Origin: Bacteroidia bacterium
GTDB lineage: Bacteria; Bacteroidota; Bacteroidia; JAIBAJ01
Assembly (NCBI GenBank): GCA_019695265.1
Contig: JAIBAJ010000002.1
Coordinates: 11,822-75,821, forward strand
Reading direction: 5' to 3'
DNA: 64,000 nucleotides
How positions within the stretch are numbered: the stretch's first letter is position 1; each line of letters starts with the position of its first letter. This document shows, piece by piece, positions 1 to 10,865 of this stretch. The notes beneath the pieces are model-generated. The model was given only the letters and a program-made list of their open reading frames with translations, had not been told where the DNA came from and searched no databases. Made by a program: the position numbers and the translations under genes.

Positions 1-1431
1 GCACAGAATAGGTTGTAGTAACAACCGGATTAACAGTGTAAGGGCTTCCAGTTCCGCCATCATCCCAAGTGTAGGTTAATGGTGGCATTCCGGTACCTGG
101 AGTTACCACTAAATCAGCACTCTGACCAACACAAATTGGAGCAGTTACACTGGAAGCAACACTGAAAACCAAGGGAGCAGGTTCATTGATTGGAATGGTT
201 TGAATGGCCGTACATCCTTTTGAGTCAACCAAAGTAGCATTGTAAATTCCGGCGGGTAAGGTGTTTACTACTAATCCGGAAGCTGTACCTGGCGACCAAT
301 TGCATTGGTAGGGAGGAGTACCTCCGTTGGCGAGTAAGGTAGCACCCCCATCTGCATATCCATTGCAGGAAGCATCGTTTACAAAACCGGATATGCTTAA
401 GGTTAATACGGAAGGTTCATTTATTACATCGTTGTCAGTCAATGTGCAACCTGAGGCATCGGTGACGATAACATTGACTGGCCCTGCAGGTTGACTAGTT
501 ATTGAATTTCCTGTTTGTCCGCCTCCCCATTGATACGAATAAGGAAAGGAACCACCAATAACCTGAACAATTGCTGCACCGCTCGATTGTCCATTGCAAT
601 TTGCATCAGTAACTACAATGTTAACAGACATTGCAGGTGGTTCAGTAAAAGTGAAATTGAAAATAGCAGATGGACACCCACTGGCATCACTGACTGTACA
701 TGATATGGTACCCGGACCAAAACCTGTAGCAGTAGCTGTAGATTGTCCGTCAGACCAATTGTAAACTACAGGTGGCACTTGGTTGCTTACTGTAATGGTA
801 GCTGTTCCATCGTTAGATCCATTGCAGGTAATATCGGTATAACTGGTTGCGATGGTTAATCCACCGGTATTTGTAATTGAAACATTAGCTGTTGCAACAC
901 AACCAAATGCATCAGTTACTGTAACATCATTGTTTCCGGCAATTAACTGAGTGGCGGTGGCATTCGATTCCGCACTCGGACTCCAAACATAGGTATAAGG
1001 TCCGGTACCGCCCGAAGGAGAGGCTGTTCCGGAGCCTTGAGTGCCTGCACAGCTAATGTTTGTTACATTGGTTATTTGAACAAATAATGGATTGCTAGAA
1101 CCTTGAATTACAATAGAAAGTGATTGGGAATTTAAATTAGCATCTACAACTGTAATGGAGTAATTTCCTGGTGGCAGGTTGGTATAAACTTGGGTGTTTC
1201 CATCCGCATTTAATACTTCCTGCTGTCCGGTATAAGGTCCATTGTTCCAGGAAAAAGTGTAAGGGGCAGTTCCATTGGTAATGGTAAAAACGGCATCTCC
1301 ATCTTGTAAACCAAAACAAGTTTCATTATGCGAAACTGCTGATACTTGTAATTGTCCGAAACCAAAGCTGGGTGCAAATACAAGAAAGGCCAGGATAAGT
1401 AGAATATGGGTTGAATTTCTGATTGGATTCA
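1..1431 (-). CDS. Cell-surface adhesin with SprB-type repeats, N-terminal part only; the gene continues past the window start
   Basis: Reverse translation from the ATG at 1429-1431 gives MNPIRNSTHILLILAFLVFAPSFGFGQ (signal peptide). This is followed by repeated about 75-aa units carrying CNG..DG motifs typical of SprB/gliding-adhesin repeats. No stop codon is reached before position 1. Confidence 0.6.
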
Positions 1432-1526
1432 TACCTGTTTTTATGCCTTTTTCTTGGGTTTAGGAGGCGAAGATAAGCAAAAGGAGAGATTTTCCTGGGG
1501 TTATCAAAGAAAATCATAAAATCCTT

Positions 1527-2390
1527 TTAATCCATTATTTTTGTTTTGACTGATAATGGAGCAACCCAAAAATAACCTAAAGCTCCATTGTTTAAATTGG
1601 AAGGAATATTGGCTGGTGGTCCATCCCAAGGACTATCGCCTCTCCAATAAGTTTCTAATAAAATGGAACGTAGATATTCATAATAGTTTTCAGTAATGGT
1701 ATACCCGTAAATGGAAACCGTGTCACCACTATGAATATATTGTTTATCAATGTTGTAAATAGGATATCCCGGAATGTATGCCCCATCAATTCCTTTATCG
1801 TCTAAAAAATAGACGTTTTTTAAAGTGTCTGTAAATCCAAATGAACCGTTTAATTTAACCTTCCACATGTAAAAATTTCTTACACCGGGAACTTCTTGTC
1901 CCCAAACCGAGAGGGTATAGCTGCTATCTACCTTGTTTTCGAAGGGAATGGGTTTAAATTGTTGTTTTAGGTCAACGCTATCGAGCCGGGCTCCTGTTTG
2001 CAATGTCTCTGAGGCTTTGTACTCTTGACCTTCCGATTGGATGATAAGGGTATAGGTTAGTCCGGGCAATGCCTGAAAAATGCTATCAGACAAGTATGTA
2101 CCTGGTTCGTTGGGGTTTTCTGTATAATTCCAGGTATTGGTTCCGTCGCTTACTTGTACAATTGCATTACTGACCACCGGCGGATGTGAATTGGAGAAAT
2201 AGGATGCTGTTTTGGATAATTTTACCCGATGGTGAATTAGTTCGGAAGTTACAGAACCATCCACCACGAGATGAACATTGGTATCACTTACATCAAAGTC
2301 GATGACCTTGGTACAGGAAGAGGAAGACAATACCAAAATTATCCAACTTAGTATATGCCAATTCAAAACAAATTTAAATGGAGTTTTCAT
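1527..2390 (-). CDS. DUF4249-family lipoprotein, partner of the adjacent TonB-dependent receptor
   Basis: 287 aa with a signal peptide and lipobox (LVLSSSSC). Its start codon overlaps the stop of the upstream TonB-dependent receptor. This receptor-plus-DUF4249 pairing is a known Bacteroidetes arrangement. Confidence 0.55.
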   Translation of the reverse strand: MKTPFKFVLNWHILSWIILVLSSSSCTKVIDFDVSDTNVHLVVDGSVTSELIHHRVKLSKTASYFSNSHPPVVSNAIVQVSDGTNTWNYTENPNEPGTYLSDSIFQALPGLTYTLIIQSEGQEYKASETLQTGARLDSVDLKQQFKPIPFENKVDSSYTLSVWGQEVPGVRNFYMWKVKLNGSFGFTDTLKNVYFLDDKGIDGAYIPGYPIYNIDKQYIHSGDTVSIYGYTITENYYEYLRSILLETYWRGDSPWDGPPANIPSNLNNGALGYFWVAPLSVKTKIMD

Positions 2391-4726
2391 TAGAATTGAA
2401 TATTGTAAGAGATGGAAGGAATTATCACAAAATAATAAGTCATAACGGCCTCCGTTTTCAAAGGATCTGTTTCGCTTTGTTTGAAGTTTATCATAAAAGC
2501 ATTTTTTCGGTTATAAACATTGTAAATTCCAAAGACCCAATTGCTTTTCCATTTGCGTTTTGGTTTTTCCTTGCTATAAAGAGTTGCTGCAATATCCAAT
2601 CGGTGATAATCAGGCATTCGGGCTCCGTTTCGTTCAGTAAATACCGGTACTTGAGTTCCTTGGTACTCAAACCTTCCGGCAGGTGCAGTCAGAGGTGCAC
2701 CGGTGTAATAGATGAAGGTAGCTGAAACATCCCAACGATTATTGATGGCATATGTTCCTACGAAGGTGAAATTATGTGGACGATCATTGCTAGCTGCATA
2801 AGCCTGGCCATTGTTTATACCCGGGGTAGTTCGCTGTATTCTGGACAAGGTATAAGCAATCCAACCGTTTAATTTTCCTGTTTGTTTTCTAATCATCACT
2901 TCCAATCCCATTGCTTTTCCCGATCCTCTTCGTAATTCACCTTCAAACAAAGGATTTAGAAAAACATCGGCATGATCTTTAAAATCCAAGGTATTGTGAA
3001 GCCATTTGTAATAGGCTTCTACTGAAACTTCAAACATATTTTCTTTGAAGTTTCTAAAATAACCTATGGCAATTTGATCTGCTATTTGAGGTTTAACATT
3101 CGGAGTTGCGGGGAACCAGGTATCTAATGGTGAAGCATTTGCTGCCACACTGGCTACCTGTATGTATTGTCGGGTTCGATTATAACTAGCCTTAAATGCA
3201 TCCTTATCGGTTATACTGATTCGTCCTGAAAAGCGAGGTTCAAAACCATGCCAGGTATTGTAAAAGGAGCCTTTGTCGAAAGTTTTTAGTCCGGTTGTGT
3301 CATAATTAGAATCGAATTGGTAACTTCCTCCAGGGCCAATGTTGGTAAAGAAGCTGTACCGCAAACCATAAGTTAATTCAATGCGGCTTCCAATGCGCTG
3401 TTCATTGCTCAAATAAACAGCATTTTCCCAGGCATACAGATTGGGGAAATCAATGGGTTCACTCATAGCAGTATTGATATCTCTGGGCTCTACATGAGCA
3501 GGTTTGAAGGTGTGAAATATGCTGTGATAACCAAATTTAATCGTATTTCTTGGGTTTGAAAACAAGGTAAGGTCATATTTCAATCCTCCATCAATAATTT
3601 TAGATGTCCATTCAAAGGCCTGAGTTCCCGTTGGGACCGAAATAACATAATTGAAATTGGAATAAATCAGAGTTAGATTGCTAAATAGCTTGGATGAAAA
3701 AATATGATTCCAGCGAGCTGTTGCAGTGGCATTTCCCCAACCCAAAAGAAATAAATCTCCTACTTTAAATTTATCCCTTCCAAAATATCCTGAAAGAAAA
3801 ACCTTGTTATGGTCGTTGATTTGATAATTTACCTTGGCATTAAGATCATAAAAATAAAGGATACTGTTTTTTAATTCTTTATCGCTTGAAAATTTGAGGA
3901 AAATATCAGCATAATTTCGTCGGCCCGAAACAATAAAACTAGCCTTATCTTTTTTAATTGGACCTTCAATGGTTAAACGGCTTGAGAGAGTTCCTATTCC
4001 AGCCGATACCACATATTTTTTGGAATTACCTTCCTTCATTCTAACATCCAATACTGAACTTAATCTGCCACCAAATTGGGAGGGTATTCCTCCTTTGTAA
4101 AGTTGAGCATCACGAATTGCATCCTGATTAAACACAGAAAAGAAACCCATTAAATGTGAGGCGTTGTAAACCGGCGCTTCATCTAAAAGAATCAGGTTTT
4201 GATCAAAACCTCCGCCTCGAACGAAGAAACCGGCAGATCCTTCACCTCCGGTTTGAACACCCGGTAAAAGTTGAATAGCTTTTATTACATCCACTTCTCC
4301 CATAAGTGCCGGGATTTTTTTGATAGTTTCCATTTTTAGCATGGTTGAACTCATGCCTGATGAGGAAATATTTTGGTCGGTTTTTTCTGCACTTACCTGA
4401 ATTTCTTGCAGTTGCTTGGTGGCAGGAAAAAGTTCCAGGTTTATTTCAATGTTTTTATCCAGGTTTACAATCGTATCCTTAGATAAATAACCGGTATAGG
4501 AAAAGGTAAGATTATAGCTCCCCGAAGGAAGTGTAAGGGAATAGAAACCATAAATATTGGAGGCGGTTCCAGTTTTAAGTTCTTTTACAAATAAGGTGGC
4601 TCCAATTAATACTTCACCCGATTTGCCATCTTTCAGGGTACCACTAAGGGTTGATTTTTGCCCAAGGCTCCATTCAACGTGAATAATAAATACGAAAAAA
4701 AGTAGTAGAAAGCCTTTGTTTGTCAC
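2390..4726 (-). CDS. TonB-dependent outer-membrane receptor with an N-terminal carboxypeptidase-regulatory-like domain (SusC-like architecture)
   Basis: 778 aa with a signal peptide and a CarboxypepD_reg-like N-terminus (GTLKDGKSGEVLIGATLFVKE...SGSYNLTFSYTGY). Plug and beta-barrel follow, with the C-terminal residue F. Confidence 0.85.
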   Translation of the reverse strand: MTNKGFLLLFFVFIIHVEWSLGQKSTLSGTLKDGKSGEVLIGATLFVKELKTGTASNIYGFYSLTLPSGSYNLTFSYTGYLSKDTIVNLDKNIEINLELFPATKQLQEIQVSAEKTDQNISSSGMSSTMLKMETIKKIPALMGEVDVIKAIQLLPGVQTGGEGSAGFFVRGGGFDQNLILLDEAPVYNASHLMGFFSVFNQDAIRDAQLYKGGIPSQFGGRLSSVLDVRMKEGNSKKYVVSAGIGTLSSRLTIEGPIKKDKASFIVSGRRNYADIFLKFSSDKELKNSILYFYDLNAKVNYQINDHNKVFLSGYFGRDKFKVGDLFLLGWGNATATARWNHIFSSKLFSNLTLIYSNFNYVISVPTGTQAFEWTSKIIDGGLKYDLTLFSNPRNTIKFGYHSIFHTFKPAHVEPRDINTAMSEPIDFPNLYAWENAVYLSNEQRIGSRIELTYGLRYSFFTNIGPGGSYQFDSNYDTTGLKTFDKGSFYNTWHGFEPRFSGRISITDKDAFKASYNRTRQYIQVASVAANASPLDTWFPATPNVKPQIADQIAIGYFRNFKENMFEVSVEAYYKWLHNTLDFKDHADVFLNPLFEGELRRGSGKAMGLEVMIRKQTGKLNGWIAYTLSRIQRTTPGINNGQAYAASNDRPHNFTFVGTYAINNRWDVSATFIYYTGAPLTAPAGRFEYQGTQVPVFTERNGARMPDYHRLDIAATLYSKEKPKRKWKSNWVFGIYNVYNRKNAFMINFKQSETDPLKTEAVMTYYFVIIPSISYNIQF

Positions 4727-4844
4727 AGATTTTTAGTGTTTGACAAAAATAATAGCCCAATTCAAAGTGCCAAGTTTCTTTGAAAATAAATTTTATCCGG
4801 AACGCTTGTCAATTCTGTGAAAGGTGATTTTTTGGGGGTACTAG

Positions 4845-4946
4845 TCGGGTAGGGATAGAGGCAAGTAGCCCACAGGAGCATGCAGCGCCGAACCCTTTCG
4901 GTGCTGCATGCGACGAGGACTACAGCCGATAGCCCGACCATTCGCC
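4845..4946 (+). repeat. E-family structured intergenic repeat, short variant (E1)
   Basis: gtcgggtagggatagaggcaagtagcccacagg...gacgaggactacagccgatagcccgac. The terminal stem is gtcggg/cccgac and the apical hairpin is gcatgcagcgcc...ggtgctgcatgc. Its conserved blocks are shared with 8 other copies in the window. Confidence 0.8.
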
Positions 4947-5065
4947 TTTGTCAATCAAGGATAAGCAAGCCATTTTGTAGCGAATGGGACCCGCCAAAAC
5001 AGAAACAATCAAATGAAAATAATTCTGAAACATTGGATTGGTTACTTTTGCATCAATATGAATGA

Positions 5066-6502
5066 ATGATTAATCGGATGATTGAACGAATGAATGTTAG
5101 GCAGTGGGCAAGTCTTTTTGTGATGTTTTTGGTCTTTGTATTAATGGCTAATTTTGCTGCTGAAGGACAAGAGTATAATTTTTATTATGGCACTTTGCAT
5201 GCCCATTCCGGATATTCGGATGGAAATAAAGATTCGTTGGAATCCGGAATTTATAAGCCTTACGACGATTTTCTATATGCCAGGGAGTCTCAAAATTTTG
5301 ACTTTCTAGGAATTTCGGAACATAATCACCTGGCCGCAGGTTTAGTATTGCCCAATTACCATTTGGGTTTGCAAGAAGCCAATTTGGCTAATTTGGATGG
5401 GGAATTCGTTTGTTTGTTTGGTATGGAGTGGGGTGTAATTAATTCAGGAGGACACCTTATAGTGTATGGTTTTGATTCCTTAGTTGGCTGGGATCCAGGT
5501 AATTATGATATTTACAATGCAGAGACTGATTACCAGGGCTTGTTTGAAAAAATAGCCCAACGCAATCAAACCTTTGCCTATTTGGCTCATCCTCAATCTA
5601 CAGATTATGATAGTTTGTTTTTTAAACCATATGATAGTATTATTGATAAAGCAATAACTGCCATCCCTTTTCGAAGTGGTCCTGCTTTTAGTACCAGCGT
5701 GAATTATGATGACCCGGCCAATGGCACCTATTTAAGTAAGTTTCAAACCGCCCTTTCTAAAGGTTATCATGTTGGAATTTGTATGGATCATGATACTCAT
5801 AATACTGTTTTTGGACGTTCTCAGGCAGGCAGAACAGGGGTAATTGCCAGGGAATTGACTCAAGGTTCTATCTTAAATGCCTATCATGAAATGAATATTT
5901 TTGCTTCCGATGACTGGAATGCACAGGTTGATTTTAGGATAAATAATAAAATAATGGGCTCTGTTTTTTCTGGCCAAGGTCAACCTGAAGTGACAGTGAA
6001 TTACCTCGACCCTGATGGGGAAGGAATTACCCAAATGTGGCTTTATGATGGAACCCCAGGCAGCGGACTTCCTCCCAATTTGGTTTATACTATTTATCAA
6101 AATCAAAGTTTTTCATTTACGCCTAATTTGAACGATGGAGAGACAAAATATTATTACGTAAAGGTTCAACAAACGGATGGAGACCAAATGTATACCTCAC
6201 CCATTTGGTACACAAGAGACGATGATTTAGGTGAGAAGGAAACCAATAATTTACCTGTATTACAGGTGAAATCCGGAATTACAGGTGATTGGGTAAATAT
6301 TAACCTACATTCCAATGGAAATTTCAACGGGGAGTTAAAGTTGGTTAACCTGAATGGTCAACAGGTTTTTACGGAGAAATTACCTTCAACCGGTATTTAC
6401 TCTAAAAATTTTACCAGACAGATGCTGGGTTCGGGTTTGTTTGTAGTTTACCTAAGCAGTGCGGAAGGTGTTACGATTAGTAGGAAGTTTGTAATAGAAT
6501 AG
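5066..6502 (+). CDS. Secreted PHP-domain phosphoesterase with a C-terminal T9SS type-A sorting domain
   Basis: PHP motifs are GTLHAHSGYSDGN and FDFLGISEHNH. A signal peptide sits near MNVRQWASLFVMFLVFVL, so the true start is probably 5093. The C-terminal 80 aa resemble a Por/T9SS sorting domain (LKLVNLNGQQVF...VVYLSSAEGVTISRKFVIE). Confidence 0.65.
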   Translation: MINRMIERMNVRQWASLFVMFLVFVLMANFAAEGQEYNFYYGTLHAHSGYSDGNKDSLESGIYKPYDDFLYARESQNFDFLGISEHNHLAAGLVLPNYHLGLQEANLANLDGEFVCLFGMEWGVINSGGHLIVYGFDSLVGWDPGNYDIYNAETDYQGLFEKIAQRNQTFAYLAHPQSTDYDSLFFKPYDSIIDKAITAIPFRSGPAFSTSVNYDDPANGTYLSKFQTALSKGYHVGICMDHDTHNTVFGRSQAGRTGVIARELTQGSILNAYHEMNIFASDDWNAQVDFRINNKIMGSVFSGQGQPEVTVNYLDPDGEGITQMWLYDGTPGSGLPPNLVYTIYQNQSFSFTPNLNDGETKYYYVKVQQTDGDQMYTSPIWYTRDDDLGEKETNNLPVLQVKSGITGDWVNINLHSNGNFNGELKLVNLNGQQVFTEKLPSTGIYSKNFTRQMLGSGLFVVYLSSAEGVTISRKFVIE

Positions 6503-6687
6503 GTAGTTGCTAAAGATTGGAATTTTCTAAACCCTAAGATATTTGGAAAATTATAGCTGACCGGATTACAAAAAAAGGAGCGAACCAGGAAAAAACAGGA
6601 AAATCTTGTTGGGTTCTACTTCAATTGGAATGGGAAATTGAATTGTACTTTTTCGTCCGTAACAGGAATCAACCTTTTTCTGATCAA

Positions 6688-6856
6688 CCCAAAATTGTCA
6701 TTAGAAATTTTAAACTACGTTTCGAGACAAGTGTTAGTAAGGTTTTCAAGTAATTTTAAATGGTAAGAAAACCTAACTAACACTAGCTCGGGGTTAACCC
6801 GAATCTACCCAAATCCAACCGCACTTGTCATTTGTTCACTTCGTTTCAAATGATAA
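6688..6856 (+). repeat. R2 intergenic repeat, copy A (an inverted homolog lies at 62621-62952)
   Basis: It is co-linear with the reverse complement of 62621-62952 apart from one indel. It contains a hairpin gtgttagtaagg...cctaactaacac and a terminal hairpin ttgtcatttg...caaatga. It sits in the convergent gap between the PHP gene and rnhA. Confidence 0.75.
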
Positions 6857-6878
6857 TTTCGGGATCAATTTGGAATTA

Positions 6879-7355
6879 TCAAAAATCAGAATTTCGACTT
6901 GATTCGAAAAAGGAATCTATTTGTAAGTGTTTACCTTTTGAAGCAGCTACGGCCAATTGGTCACAACGGTTGTTTTCTACATTACTGGCATGTCCTTTCA
7001 CCCAATGGTATTGGATTTGATGCTGTTTGTTGATTTTGTAAAACCTTACCCATAAATCCGGATTTTTTACATTAACAAAGTTCTTTTTTATCCAATTGTT
7101 AAGCCATCCCTTGGTTATTGCATCAATAACATATTTACTATCGGAATATAAATGGCCGTAAGTATTGGGCTTAGTTATGCTTTCCAAAGCGACAATAACA
7201 GCAAGTAATTCCATGCGATTATTGGTTGTAAGTCGATAGCCTTGGGATATTTCTTTGCGATGATGCGCAAACTTCATGACTAATCCAAACCCTCCGGGGC
7301 CAGGATTTCCGGATGCGGCGCCGTCGGTATAAATTTCTAAAACAGGTTGATTCAA
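6879..7355 (-). CDS. rnhA: Ribonuclease HI
   Basis: 158 aa: MNQPVLEIYTDGAASGNPGPGGFG...MELLA...HWVKGHA, with the conserved catalytic D/E/D/D context of RNase H. Confidence 0.9.
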   Translation of the reverse strand: MNQPVLEIYTDGAASGNPGPGGFGLVMKFAHHRKEISQGYRLTTNNRMELLAVIVALESITKPNTYGHLYSDSKYVIDAITKGWLNNWIKKNFVNVKNPDLWVRFYKINKQHQIQYHWVKGHASNVENNRCDQLAVAASKGKHLQIDSFFESSRNSDF

Positions 7356-7386
7356 AACTGGAAATTAAGTAGTCAAAGGTAAAATT

Positions 7387-7743
7387 CTAACCCATGTTCT
7401 TGCGGAGAATTACTTTCATACATTCCCTCATGATGGCCATGTGTGCAATGGAATGAAATGGGTTTTCCTGTTTTAGGATGGTAAGAACTTTTTTTTCATC
7501 GAGGTCAAGAATATACATAAACCGAAAAAAGCGTTGACTGTCTTTTTCCAAGTAGGAGGCCAGAATTTTAGCCAAAAGCTCTGTTAAACTTTCCAAGGCA
7601 TTTTCAGGTTCATAGCTTATTTGTCCGTCCCAACCCATTTTTTGCAAATCTTTTTGAAGCTGATTCTTCGTGTCTTCAATCAATTGCAAATCAGAATATA
7701 GTAAAATTCCGAGTTGATCCGGAGTGGGGTGAATAGGCTTCAT
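7387..7743 (-). CDS. Hypothetical protein
   Basis: 118-aa ORF, 31 nt downstream of the 921-aa gene on the same strand. No recognisable motif. Confidence 0.4.
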   Translation of the reverse strand: MKPIHPTPDQLGILLYSDLQLIEDTKNQLQKDLQKMGWDGQISYEPENALESLTELLAKILASYLEKDSQRFFRFMYILDLDEKKVLTILKQENPFHSIAHMAIMRECMKVILRKNMG

Positions 7744-7745
7744 TC

Positions 7746-10511
7746 TTATTGAATAAGGATAACCTTTCCCATGTAGTGGTGTTTGCGTCTAAATTGCACA
7801 TCTATGCAATCGATGCGGTAAGAGTAAACTCCTTGGGGGGCTCTTTGATCAGTTCCTGCAATTTTACCATCCCATCCAATGTCCAGCGATTTGCTCCGAA
7901 ACAATTCCATACCCCAGCGATCGAAAATTCGCATTTCATATCCTTCTTCTAGAACACCGGTTCCTTTGGGTTTAAAAACAGTGTTCTTATTGTCTATGGC
8001 TCCTGTAAAAGCGTTGGGGATGTAGAAGGTAAATTCTGTTGAAAGGCATACTTCGATGGTTGTTGTATCAGAGCACCGGCCGGTATCTGAGGCAACTAGT
8101 TGGATATAAACACAATCATTGCCATCAGGAAAGGACGTAATTGGATTTTCATCTGTTGAATTCCAACCCGTTGGTGCCATGTTCCAGGCAAAAGTAGTGG
8201 CATTCATTGACCTGTTTTCTAAATAAATACTTTCACCTGCATTGGTTAAATAATCAGGTGAATAAACAAAGGAGGCAGTGGGACCCGGGGTTACATGCAC
8301 CAAATTTACTTTTTGGTTTATTCCCAAACAACCATTTAAATCCATTGCGGTTAAAGTGACGGAATAATATCCTTCATTACTAAAACAATGGGTAATTGTA
8401 TCACAGGAATTGGCTGAAGTTCCATCACCAAAATCCCAGGTACAGGTGCCGGTGCTGGATGAAGTGTTAGTAAATTGAATACAAAGAGGAGCACAGCCTG
8501 TTAAGTTTGAACTTGCAAATGCAGGAGAAATACCCGGAACAATATCTAAAAGCAAAGAATCGGTTGATTGACAGCCTTGATTATTGGTTGCGCTTATGTA
8601 ATAATAAGTTGGTATGGTAGGTGAAACTGTTATGGTATTTCCGGTAATTCCTCCGGGTGTCCAGGTAAATTGCAGGTTTTGATTGAAGTTGTCTATTGCA
8701 TACAAGGTGGCTGTTTTGCCATTGCACATGCTGGTATCCGGGGTGTGACTAAATTGAATTGGAGCTGCCAAATCAACCTGAATAGTGGCAGGTCCTGCGT
8801 TACACCCGGTTGCATCTGTAGCAGAAACTGTATATGTGGTATTGGTAGCCGGACTAACCGTAATACTAGCGCTGGTTTCACCGCCCGGATTCCATGAAAA
8901 ACTATATGGACCTGTTCCTCCAACCACCTGTGCTGATAATTGAACTGAACTTCCAAGGCATAGGATGGTATCTGAGCTGGTGTTTATAGTAAGGGAGCTT
9001 CCGGAGGTGATGCTTGTATTGCCAGTGGCTGTGCATCCATTGTTATCGGTTACATCAACCGTGTAATTTCCTGCTATCAAATTGGTTGCAGTTGCGGTAT
9101 TTTGAGCTGGAGTGGTATTCCAAACATAACTGTATGGTGAACTTCCTCCCGAAACAGTTGCCGTGGCAGAGCCTAATCCTCCGCAACCTGCCTGGGTAGG
9201 GGTAATGCTTAAACTAATCGGGGTAGGATCAGTTAGCTGAACCGGCAAAGTCAAAGTACATCCATTGTTGTCTGTTATGGTTACAGAATTAGCTCCACCG
9301 GGCAGTTGGTTGGCATTGGAATTCGTTTCTCCGCTACTCCATGAAAAACTAAATGGACTTGCACCATTGGTCGGATTGGCTTGGGCACTTCCATCAGATA
9401 AGCCAGGACAAGATGGATTTTGAATATTTATCACATTACCTCCGATTACCTGTACCGTTTTCGAAATGGTTCCGGGTGGATTGCAAGGTCCACCGGAAAG
9501 TGTGGCTGTTACGGTATAGGTTCCGGGTGCCGAAAAAGTATGGCTGGGATTGATAGCCGTGGAGGTATTAGATCCCGAACTCGGATCCCCAAAGTCCCAA
9601 CTCCACGATTGGGCTGCTGTGCAAGGTGTGTTGCCTAAAAACGAAAAAGCATTGCCTGCCCCACAGGTATAAGTGAAATCAGGTTGAATTACCGCCCCTT
9701 CCGAGATGGTTATATCGTCAATGGCCAAGCCATCGTAAGCATTGCACGACGATCCTGAACCAAAAGTAAACCGAAGAAGAACATTGGGTTGATTAGCCAA
9801 ACCGGTTAAACAATGTTTGGCCAAAACCCAGGTTCCGCTTCCTCCGCCTCCCAGGCAACTTCCTGAGTTTGCTTGGATATTTCCCGACCAACCATGGCGA
9901 ACGGTTATCCAGGCAGGACTTCCCAAATAGGTTATCGGATCGTAATTGAACCAATTATCGGTATTGCAGTCTACCGCATCGCCAAAAGCTCCAACATTGA
10001 CCCAGGTTACTCCTCCATCAATAGACGATTGCAAGTTTCCACCATCAAATTTTTTTTCGGTTTCCCAAAAGATTTGAAATGAAATAAAAGGATAATTCAG
10101 TGTAGAAAAGTCGAAGCAGGAACTCGTTATAGTTGAATGTTCCGAATTATTGTAGGAAGACCCGGTAAGTCCACCTGTAGTCCAGCAATTTTGTCCACTC
10201 GCTGCTCCGGTAATCACGGGTTTGTTAGGCGTTCCGTAGGTCCAGGAGGAGTTGGTGCCTCCATTGGACCAAATGCCCGGTCCTGATTCAAAATCTTCAA
10301 AATATGGGTAACTGTTTACGGTGCATTGTGCTGCAGTCTTGCCTTTAAACCCTATTGAAAATGCGAATACAAAGCTTAAAATGAGATAAGGATTTAACGA
10401 AGGTCTGCCCAACCACTTTCCAAATAGAAGGTACAGATGGCTATATTTTAACCAATTGTAATATGGATGGCGAATTCTTATCAAAACTGTCAACCAACAA
10501 AGGTAGAGCAA
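7746..10511 (-). CDS. Large secreted PKD/SprB-repeat protein with a T9SS type-B (gliding-motility-associated) C-terminal domain
   Basis: PKD signatures (WDFGDGTSANS, WSWDFGDPSSG...GTYTVTATLSGGP). The C-terminal domain reads YIPNAFTG...FKPKG...MRIFDRWGMELF...WDGK...GVYSYRI, which is typical of the TIGR04131-like type-B domain. The N-terminus (CTVNSYPYFEDFESG) is MAM/LamG-like. The true start is uncertain, because no ATG is found near the signal-peptide-like LILSFVFAFSIG. Confidence 0.75.
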   Translation of the reverse strand: MLYLCWLTVLIRIRHPYYNWLKYSHLYLLFGKWLGRPSLNPYLILSFVFAFSIGFKGKTAAQCTVNSYPYFEDFESGPGIWSNGGTNSSWTYGTPNKPVITGAASGQNCWTTGGLTGSSYNNSEHSTITSSCFDFSTLNYPFISFQIFWETEKKFDGGNLQSSIDGGVTWVNVGAFGDAVDCNTDNWFNYDPITYLGSPAWITVRHGWSGNIQANSGSCLGGGGSGTWVLAKHCLTGLANQPNVLLRFTFGSGSSCNAYDGLAIDDITISEGAVIQPDFTYTCGAGNAFSFLGNTPCTAAQSWSWDFGDPSSGSNTSTAINPSHTFSAPGTYTVTATLSGGPCNPPGTISKTVQVIGGNVINIQNPSCPGLSDGSAQANPTNGASPFSFSWSSGETNSNANQLPGGANSVTITDNNGCTLTLPVQLTDPTPISLSITPTQAGCGGLGSATATVSGGSSPYSYVWNTTPAQNTATATNLIAGNYTVDVTDNNGCTATGNTSITSGSSLTINTSSDTILCLGSSVQLSAQVVGGTGPYSFSWNPGGETSASITVSPATNTTYTVSATDATGCNAGPATIQVDLAAPIQFSHTPDTSMCNGKTATLYAIDNFNQNLQFTWTPGGITGNTITVSPTIPTYYYISATNNQGCQSTDSLLLDIVPGISPAFASSNLTGCAPLCIQFTNTSSSTGTCTWDFGDGTSANSCDTITHCFSNEGYYSVTLTAMDLNGCLGINQKVNLVHVTPGPTASFVYSPDYLTNAGESIYLENRSMNATTFAWNMAPTGWNSTDENPITSFPDGNDCVYIQLVASDTGRCSDTTTIEVCLSTEFTFYIPNAFTGAIDNKNTVFKPKGTGVLEEGYEMRIFDRWGMELFRSKSLDIGWDGKIAGTDQRAPQGVYSYRIDCIDVQFRRKHHYMGKVILIQ

Positions 10512-10606
10512 ATACAGGCCTGATTATTTCCTCAAGCTTAAGCTTAAATTATAGAATTGTTTACATCTAAACCGGACCATTTCTTGCCTCTATTGTTTGA
10601 TTTTTT

Positions 10607-10757
10607 GGCGGGCCCCCTTCGCCCAACAAGCATTTTACAACGGACAATTTATTCTGCTTGGGCGTTCGGGTCACGCTTTCGGCGGTAGTCCTCGTCCCCC
10701 GAGGCTAAAGCCGTCGGGGAACTGTGGGCTACACTGCCTCAATCGTTGCCCGAGCGC
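10607..10757 (-). repeat. E-family structured intergenic repeat, long variant (E2)
   Basis: The reverse complement reads ctcgggcaacgattgaggcagtgtagcccacag...gacgaggactaccgccgaaagcgtgacccgaacgcc...gggcgaagggggcccgcc. Confidence 0.8.
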
Positions 10758-10865
10758 TTCGAACCGAGCTTAGCCAATTATTTAACAGTCAGTTTTTCAG
10801 CACAACAAGTACTTTAAAACCCTGCCAACCTAAGAGTAAGAGAGGAAATCAAGATTGAAAATAAT

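Noticed and set aside
4880-5065. Small ORFs from the six-frame track that overlap the E repeats (4880-5065, 16523-16744, 16560-16802) or lie in repeat-rich spacers
   Set aside because: They are created by the GC-rich repeat sequence itself. They recur only because the repeat recurs, lack plausible starts or ribosome-binding context, and are intergenic between well-supported genes.
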